Assembly: GCF_006345805.1 (NCBI RefSeq)
Contig: NW_021834238.1
Coordinates: forward strand, 1-64,000
DNA length: 64,000 nucleotides
From: Octopus sinensis
Taxonomy: Eukaryota
Direction: 5' to 3'
The translations under genes were made by a program, and so were the position numbers. Numbering within the stretch: the first letter of the stretch is position 1; each line of letters starts with the position of its first letter. Under the pieces are notes generated by a model. It made no database searches. It was given only the letters and a program-made list of their open reading frames with translations, and was not told the DNA's origin. This document shows positions 55,206 through 64,000 of the stretch, one piece after another.

Positions 55206-56140
55206 TATACACACAAAAATACATACATACAAATAATTTCTATCTATCTATCTATCTATCTATCTATGTCTGTCTGTCTGTCTGTCTGTGTGTCCCTCTG
55301 ACTGTATGAAATTAATGATTTTGCTCCAAAATCTAAGATAATAGTTGATCTCAGAATCGAAACCACCACCTTAGAACATACCACATACTTTCACTTACTA
55401 TTAATGGTTTCAAATTCTGGTGCAAACCAGCACTTTTGGAATGAAGGAGATAAGTCGATTACATCAACCTCACTGATCATATTGACCCCGACTGTTACTT
55501 ATTTCAGCAACCCCTAAAGGCTGAAAGGCAATGTCAAACCCGGTGGCATTTGAACTCAGAACGGCAAGCTAACGATCGTACCCGCACGTCGGCTTTCTTC
55601 AATTATTACTTATACAAGTCTAGATTATTCTAGATTAACTTGTCTAGGGTGGGCGTTAGGTAACAAACTACGCTGAGAATACGGGGCAATAGTTTGAGAA
55701 ATCTAAAATTAATAGCGTTTCGCTTACATCCTGAAATACATGTAGTGAAATAGTAGTTCACTGGTTAATAAGGATTTTAATTCTATTTCACTGATAACTT
55801 TGAAAAAAATTTATAAATTATTATCCATCAACGCGTGAGGGCTCCCTCAGTGCGAACTGACAAGAGTATTGAAATATATTACGACGAAGTATGCCTGAGT
55901 GTGCCAGAATACTAAACAGGACATATGCATAATGTTTTCCCCTCACTTCAAATACACATAGATAAGCATAGGAATATATATATATATGGCCCACCCCACT
56001 CACATTGGCATACACACAGACACATGCACAAACATACACACATACACACAGACACAAAAACAAACACAAACACATACCGACATGCACAAAGGCACATACA
56101 AACATAAATATGCATAAATATGCACATGCGCAAAGCCTTC

Positions 56141-56720
<580 letters not shown>

Positions 56721-56864
56721 AGACAGAGTTAAGTACTGTGTCTATCAAATCCATGCAGTGCATATACATACAACAGTCGTATCTGAGTTATTTCTCTTGC
56801 ATGAACTGCATTCATATGTGTATATATAAATGAGAGTATGCAGATATATGTGTAGGTATAGGTA

Positions 56865-57739
56865 TACGTGGTTTGATCAATAAGTATCCGGACTGAAGCC
56901 ACAGTAACGAAGCTAAAGTACGCTGAGTAAAGCCGCTTGGAATAGATTGACCTTGTTTCAACGTTCTAGCTCACTATTCCTGTTTACAGCAGTGCTCAGA
57001 AGGAACATGTGTAGCGTATGATCGTCGCATTTATTATGACAGGGAAATTTGAGTAGATATTCTGCATCAAATTTTTCCAAAAGCTTGGTGGAACTTGCTC
57101 AGAGGCCTAGGCAAAGTTTTCAAAAAGTTTTCATCGTTCTTGACACAATCAAGAAGATCTTGTGCAACTGAAATCCGGATGTCTTTTTTCTTTTTGTCAG
57201 CTGAAAGTAGCTTGGGCACAAACTTAGCATACACGCGTCTCATACCCAAATCTTCAGTGACGATGGACGGAACTGAACCGTAACTCCATATCCTCTGATA
57301 ACTTACGGATGGGGATTCTATGATTTCCCCCAACATATTCACTCACATCTACGATAATTTTCTCAGTTGTACTCGCTGCGGGTTTTCCAAAACGTTCGTC
57401 GATATTGACATATTTTCGGCCATCTTGGAAGCGTCTGAACCACTCGTAGTTTTGTGCGCGGCTCATACACACCTCTCCATACATTTTCTGCAAATTTGTG
57501 TAGGCCTCTGAGCGGGTATCTCCATGACAACTTCCTCTGTTATGGTCAATGCGACGATCACACGCTACACCCCTTCCTTCAAAGCACTGTGGTAAACAGC
57601 GGAAGTAAGCTAAAACATTAAAACTTAGTGAGCATGCACAGCCTTGTTCAATATCAATCTCTGTCAAGCATCGTTACCCTGTGTGCTTTAGCTTCGTTAT
57701 TATGGTAACAGTCCGGTTACTTATTGATCAGCCCTCGTA
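56865..57739 (-). mobile_element. mariner-derived foldback element with two 5' ends
   Basis: TIRs TACGTGGTTTGATCAATAAGTATCCGGACT and reverse complement TACGAGGGCTGATCAATAAGTAACCGGACT. Minus-strand transposase N-terminus: YGEVCMSRAQNYEWFRRFQDGR and LGMRRVYAKFVPKLL. Inverted homology extends about 240 bp. Confidence 0.9.
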
Positions 57740-57791
57740 CATACTTATACAAATGTATATAGATTTTTCTACATGAATGTTTGTGTGTGTG

Positions 57792-57852
<61 letters not shown>

Positions 57853-59047
57853 GGAGAAGCACAGAGAGGTACAGATAATGTAGTAATTTTAGTACATATA
57901 TATCCCGTAATATAAAATTACGTAATTCATTGTACTATATGTATTGACTTAGTACTCTGATTTTTCTCTTGCAAAAACTACCAGCCATTAGATATGTGGT
58001 TATATTTCATAGCAATGTATATGTTTAAAAGTTTTATAAGGTATATATTTACATCCAGATTAGCATAAAAATGGCGCTCAGGGATATCATTACAGGGGTA
58101 TTGTCTTATATATGTATTGTATATTGTATGTGTGTGTGTTCATTCTGTGAATGGGCACGCACACACATATAGATACACATACATACACACATAGACGCAC
58201 AAACGCACGATTACATATATATATATATGCATATATATATATATATATACATACATTTATATATGTATATATGTATATATGTATATATATATGTACTTAT
58301 ATATACATTTATATATAAATGTATATATATATATATATTTATATATAATATACATTTATATTTATATATTTTTATACATATACATACATATGTGAATATG
58401 TATATATATGTAGATAGTTAGATACAGACATACATTCAGACTTACTTACATGCAAACATACATACATACATACATACATACATAAACACATACAGAAAAA
58501 ATACATATATACGTGTGTGTGTATATATATATATATAAGCATTCGAGCTGCGCGGGCTATACCAAGCTGGCTTGGTGCCTAAATTTAAGTACCTAATTCA
58601 TCTGAATCTTAATTTTTGTGTATGTGCTGTGTGTGTGTGTGTGTGTGTAATTGTGTTTCAGCTTGTGTATGTAGAGATGCATGTATAGATTTTTTACGTG
58701 ATCATTTGGCCAGCAACATGCACGTATTTGTTCATGACGACGTATTGCTCATAAATCAAGCGATTGTAGAAACTTCTTTCGCGGAACTGATATTCATATA
58801 TATACGAACATACATAATTGTTACTAACGAACACTTATATGCGAGTAGGGGTTAATGTGTACCGAGAGCCTAAGGGTGAGATAGTAAGAATGAGGTATAT
58901 GTGTATGTATGTATATATTTATGTATGTATGCACGTATATATGTATACACACCCACATCCACGTAGATGTACATATACATAGAGGAAGAGAATCGCAATA
59001 CATAAATACAAGTATATACATACAGAAATACACACACATATACATGC

Positions 59048-59083
<36 letters not shown>

Positions 59084-59136
59084 GTGTGTGTCTGTGTGTG
59101 TTTGTGTGTGTGTATGTGTATGTATGTATATATATT

Positions 59137-59193
<57 letters not shown>

Positions 59194-59923
59194 TATACAT
59201 TTACATGTGTGTATAGATAGATAGATAGATAGATATAGATATAGATATATATAGATAGATAGATAGATATAGATATAGATATAGATATATATATATAGAT
59301 AGGCGCAATATATATATATATACATACATGGATAAATATACACTCGCGCACACATATATCTACATACACACACATACACATAAAATGTACGTAAAAGGGG
59401 TTTTATAGGCAATATATCCGCATAATTTGCAATTGTAGACGTTTCCAGAAATAGGTTTGTGCGTGCGGACATGTTTGCAATAATATATTTGCTCTGGTTG
59501 CCACTGTTAAACTTACACTCAACAGCAGAGCGTAATGAAATTTAACAAAACTTTCAGTCGTTCAGCTCATTCTTAAATGCCCCTCTCCCATCACACTCAT
59601 ACACGAACACTTTTACCCAACTCGCCTTTTTGCATCACAAAATTCTGTTTGTTTTCGATGTTTTTTTTCTCACCATTCTTATTCTCTTCGTTTAATGATT
59701 CTTCCACCTAACTTTCTTCGTTTCACAATTTTATTCCTTTCCCACCATTTTTGTTCGTTTGTTTTATATATATATATATATATATAATATATATATATAT
59801 ATATAATATATATATATATATATACATACATATACATATATATATATACATATACATACATATACATATATATATACATATATATATACACATATATATA
59901 TACATATACATATATATATACAC

Positions 59924-59977
<54 letters not shown>

Positions 59978-61061
59978 ATGTATATATATATGTATGTATG
60001 TATATTCCTTTTTATTTAAACAGACTAGAAAATGCTTGCTTTATACGTATACCTATATATCGCGTAGCAATAAGTGTGAAGACGTTGTTATGGAAACTAT
60101 GTTGAGGCGGTATTATTCTTTGGAGAAGATGTAGAGAAGGAGAGATAAATTAAATTCGTCTAGAAGAAAAGTAAATACAAGATACCGAGCAAAACAATAA
60201 TTTTTTAAATGTTACAGTCGGCGTCAAGTCCTGAATTTTAGTTACAAATGGCGGAATGTCTGTGTGTACACACGGTTTTGTTGTATATAAGCAAACTACA
60301 TACTTCCTTTTCTTGCACATGGAAAAAGAGGTCAGGTGAGTTTCGCGTGTTTGTGAGTGACGTCTAGTAAATGTATGAAATGTCTGACCTATCAGTCCGT
60401 GCGGCCATCCGCCTCGGGGCCAACGTAAAAAGGACATCCGGTCGTGTCGTAATGTAGCCGGCATCGTCACAGCTCGTCAGCTCTGCGACTTATAGCGTTC
60501 ATTACAGTAAGCAATGAAAATTTCAGTAATGGCGAGTCAGAGAAATTGAGAAACACATGGGGGGGGGGGTCGGAGTCGGGGTATGAGCTTAGAGGAAAGG
60601 AATGAGAAAGTATGATAGTGAGGAAAAGGAGAATGACATACATATTGGCAGATTGATATAGACATAGTGAGAGAAAGTGGAAAACGCGACAAGGTGAGGA
60701 AGCTATAAATAAGAATAGAGCAAAGGAAAAAAAAAACAACAAAAAATGGAAAGCAAGCTGGAGGAGGAGGAGGAGGAGGGGGAGGAGGAGAGAATATATG
60801 GAAAACACAGTAAGAAAATGAAAAGAAAAAAGGATCAATTGGAACAGAAAACGGAAGAGCAGAAAACTGAAAGGGCGAGAAAGTAAGATAAACGCATTTA
60901 TGTGCGTGTATGTACAGCGAGACAGAAAGATTCATAGAGAGATAGCTTGAGAGAGAAGACTACAGTAGGAACAAATGAACATACTTGTGTGTTGATGAAT
61001 ATTGCAAAGCATCTCTAAATCTACAGCTTTGAGCATATGAGTCAATATTTTAGATGAGTAA

Positions 61062-61650
61062 GGCGGCCAGATTGGAGAAACGGTAGCGTTTCGGGCGAAA
61101 TGCTTAGCGGTATTTCGTCTGCCGCTCCGTTCTAAGTTCAAATTCCGCCAAGGTCTCAATTTTGCCTTTCATCCTTTCGGGGTCGATTAAATAAGTACCA
61201 GTTACGCACTGGAGTCGATGTAATCGACTTAATCCGTTTGTCTATCCTTGTTCGTCCTCTCTGTGTTTAGCCCCTTGTGGGTGATAAAGAAATAGGTATT
61301 TCGTCTGCCGCTCCGTTCTGAGTTCAAATTCCGCCGAGGTCAACATTGCCTTTCATCCTTTCGGGGTCGATTAAATAAGCACCAGTTAGGCACTAGGGTC
61401 GATCTAATCGACTTAATCCGTTTGTCTATCCTTGTATGTCCTCTCTGTATTTAGCCCCTCTCTGTGTTTAGTAAAGAAATAGGTATTTCGTCTGTCTATA
61501 TGTTCTGAGTTCAAATTCCGCCAAAATCGACTTTGCCTTTCATCCTTTCAAGGTCGATAAGTTAAGTACCAGTTGCATACAGGAGTCGATCTAATCGACT
61601 GCCCCCATCCCCCAAAATTTCAGGCCTTGTGCCTATAATAGAAAAGAATA
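61062..61650 (+). mobile_element. family A SINE tandem trimer, third unit of a different subfamily
   Basis: Junctions AAAGAAATA|GGTATTTCG at 61294/61295 and 61481/61482. Confidence 0.9.
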
Positions 61651-61730
61651 TGATAGTTAATTGGTGTCTTGCTATGTAAAACGGCATGCATTTAAGCGGG
61701 GTCAACAAACTAATAAATTATGTCTTTATT

Positions 61731-61761
<31 letters not shown>

Positions 61762-61992
61762 ATAATAATTCAGGGTATCTAAGAGATACCTTCACACTAG
61801 AAATAGCAGTCAAAACTTGACCCTAAAACCACATTAAATGTTCATACAGCACCAGGAGAGAAGAAAAAGAGACAAAATAAACTAGCAAAAACATTACTGG
61901 ATAATTCCATGCTAAGATCGGTATTTTAAATATAGATCTTATCTTTACAAATACACACACACACACACAGAGACACACACACACAGACACAG

Positions 61993-62073
<81 letters not shown>

Positions 62074-62317
62074 TATATATATATATATATATGTATGTAT
62101 GCATGTATATATGTATGTATGTGTGTATGTATGTATGAATGTATATATATATATATATATATAATATATATATATATAGCAAAAAACGTGAAAATTCTGT
62201 GATGTCGGCGGCGGTATTCGACTGCTTTGTCTGCTGTAAAGCATATGCTAACCACTACACAAAAGCGATATCACCAATTTCGCTACAACCATTAGAAAGC
62301 AGGGTGATAGGCGAAGG

Positions 62318-62750
62318 CTGGGCTATGTCGTAACAAGATTGCTTCCCAACCATATGGTTCCGGGTTCAATCTTGCTGAGTGGCAACTTGGGCAAGAGTCT
62401 TCTACTATACCTTCAGCCCGACCAAAGCCTTGTGAATGGATTTGGTAGACGGAAACTGAAAGAATCCCGTCGTATGTATGCGTGTTTGTGTGTGTGTGTG
62501 TGTGTGTGTGCGTGTGTGTGTATGTGTGTGTGAGCGTGTGTCTATGCTTGTTCGCCGTCACCGCATGATAACCGGTATTGATGTGTTTATGTCCCCGTAA
62601 TATAGCAGTTCGGTAAGAAATAAAAAAACACCGACAGAATAATTATTGTGCTTAAAGCAAAATTGCTCCTTGGGTCGATTTACCCAACTAAAACACTTCG
62701 GCGATGTGCTTCATCATGACCGCAGTCAACTGACAGAGACAAGTTAAAGA
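62318..62750 (+). mobile_element. family B SINE, diverged
   Basis: GGTTCCGGGTTCAATC, GATTTGGTAGACGGAAACTGAAAGAA, internal (GT)n and GACCGCAGTC tail. Confidence 0.8.
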
Positions 62751-62982
62751 ACAAATCTATACTTTTGCATAAAATTGAACCGTGAATGGGGATTCGAATT
62801 CAGCAGCGCAGAAACCGACTAATTCGCTTTAATTAAATTCGATAGGATTAGAGGTAAAAGGAAAAATTTTTAAACATTCCAGTTATTCTTGATTTGATGT
62901 CTGAGTATATATATGCGCGTTAGTGCGTTTGTACGTGTGTGAGCGTGTGTGTGTGTGTGTGATTGTGTTTGTGTGTGTGTGT

Positions 62983-63272
62983 ATGAGACACATTGTCCAT
63001 AGCCATATAATTTAACACAATAAGTATTTCATTTATTTCTCAGTAAGTCTTTCATTTATTTCTTTTGCCGCATTTATCACTGACGAAGGGCGGGTTCTTA
63101 TGAACTAACCCTGAAATCGGTCCGATATGGTAATAACGGAATATTTTAGAAATTTCTGTCGACCTTTTTCGAGTAGCGTACTTATTGTGTTAAATTATAT
63201 GGTTATGGACAATGTGTCTCATTTCGGCATATTTGGCATTAGAAAATTTTTCGTTTGCCCTTATTTATAAGT

Positions 63273-63274
<2 letters not shown>
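62983..63274 (+). mobile_element. Penelope-like tail with hammerhead, preceded by a 44-bp inverted copy of its own downstream segment
   Basis: 62983-63026 is the reverse complement of 63179-63222 with 1 mismatch. An HHR motif lies between them. Confidence 0.7.
63075..63127 (+). ncRNA. minimal type I hammerhead ribozyme-like motif
   Basis: TATCA-CTGACGA-AGGG[CG-GGTTC(TTAT)GAACT-AA]CCCT-GAAATCGGTC-CGATA: canonical CUGACGA and GAAA, GUC triplet. ATCGGT is one change from the palindrome ACCGGT. Confidence 0.7.
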
Positions 63275-63303
<29 letters not shown>

Positions 63304-63570
63304 AAGAATTTTTTGCGTAATGAAATAAAAAAAAAACCAAGGCTGTGTAAATATTAGAACATTTATAGACACAAGGTCTTACAGCTGTTTTCAGCATATT
63401 TATTAATTATATCCCTTCATCGGAGACGGTGTGAGAGGGTAGTTACTTTAGATGTGATACAAAATAGAGAGCGAGATGGAGGAAAGAAAATAGATGCAAG
63501 ATATGTAGGGATATTGAAGTTGCAGATCCATTTTTTACGTTGAATGGTATATATGTAGGATTCCATGTGC
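63304..63570 (-). mobile_element. Penelope-like tail with degenerate hammerhead motif (63376-63427)
   Basis: Minus strand GTCT-CCGATGA-A-GGGATAT..AATATGCT-GAAAACAGCTGTA-AGAC: helix I GTCT/AGAC and palindromic CAGCTG loop. Confidence 0.55.
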
Positions 63571-63661
63571 TTTATATATATATATATACATATATACATA
63601 TATATATGCATATATGTATTATGTATGTATGTAGGCATGTATATGTATGTATACATATATA

Positions 63662-63892
63662 TATTTCTTTACTACCCACAAGGGGCCAAACACAGAGGGG
63701 ACAAACAAGGACAGACAAACGGATTAAGTCGTTTATATCGACCCCAGTGCGTAACTGGTACTTAATTTATCGACCCAGAAAGTATGAAAGGCAAAGTCGA
63801 CCTCGGCGGAATTTGAACTCTCAACGCAACGGCAGACGAAATACGGCTACGCATTTCGCCCGGCGTGCTAACGTTTCTGCCAGCTCGCCGCC
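63662..63892 (-). mobile_element. family A SINE, full-length monomer
   Basis: Reverse complement is near-identical to 1548-1779. Confidence 0.9.
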
Positions 63893-64000
63893 TTTATTAC
63901 TTATATTACTTATATACATATATAGATATATTTATGCGTATGTGTATATAAACATACACACGCATGTGCTTAAGTTTTATGAGTGCAAGTCAAGAAACTC

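Overview
This is AT-rich, microsatellite-saturated eukaryotic non-coding DNA (intronic or intergenic). The repeat repertoire looks like an octopus/cephalopod genome (inference). No host protein-coding gene can be supported, and almost all ORFs in the track are microsatellite translations. Recognisable content: (i) many tRNA-derived SINE copies of at least three families, including head-to-tail multimers that share one junction; (ii) decayed DNA transposons, namely two mariner elements, a Buster/Charlie-type hAT transposase pseudogene (36.4-38.6 kb) and several MITEs; (iii) an internally deleted R4/Dong-type non-LTR retrotransposon (47.4-50.0 kb); (iv) five minimal hammerhead-ribozyme (HHR)-like motifs in short non-coding Penelope-like tails. 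The most notable object is a 478-bp insertion inside the hAT gene. It joins a tRNA-like Pol III head, an (AAT)n tract and a Penelope-type tail with an intact hammerhead core, is preceded by an inverted partial copy of itself, and is flanked by a 16-bp target duplication. It is a candidate ribozyme-bearing, Penelope-mobilised SINE.
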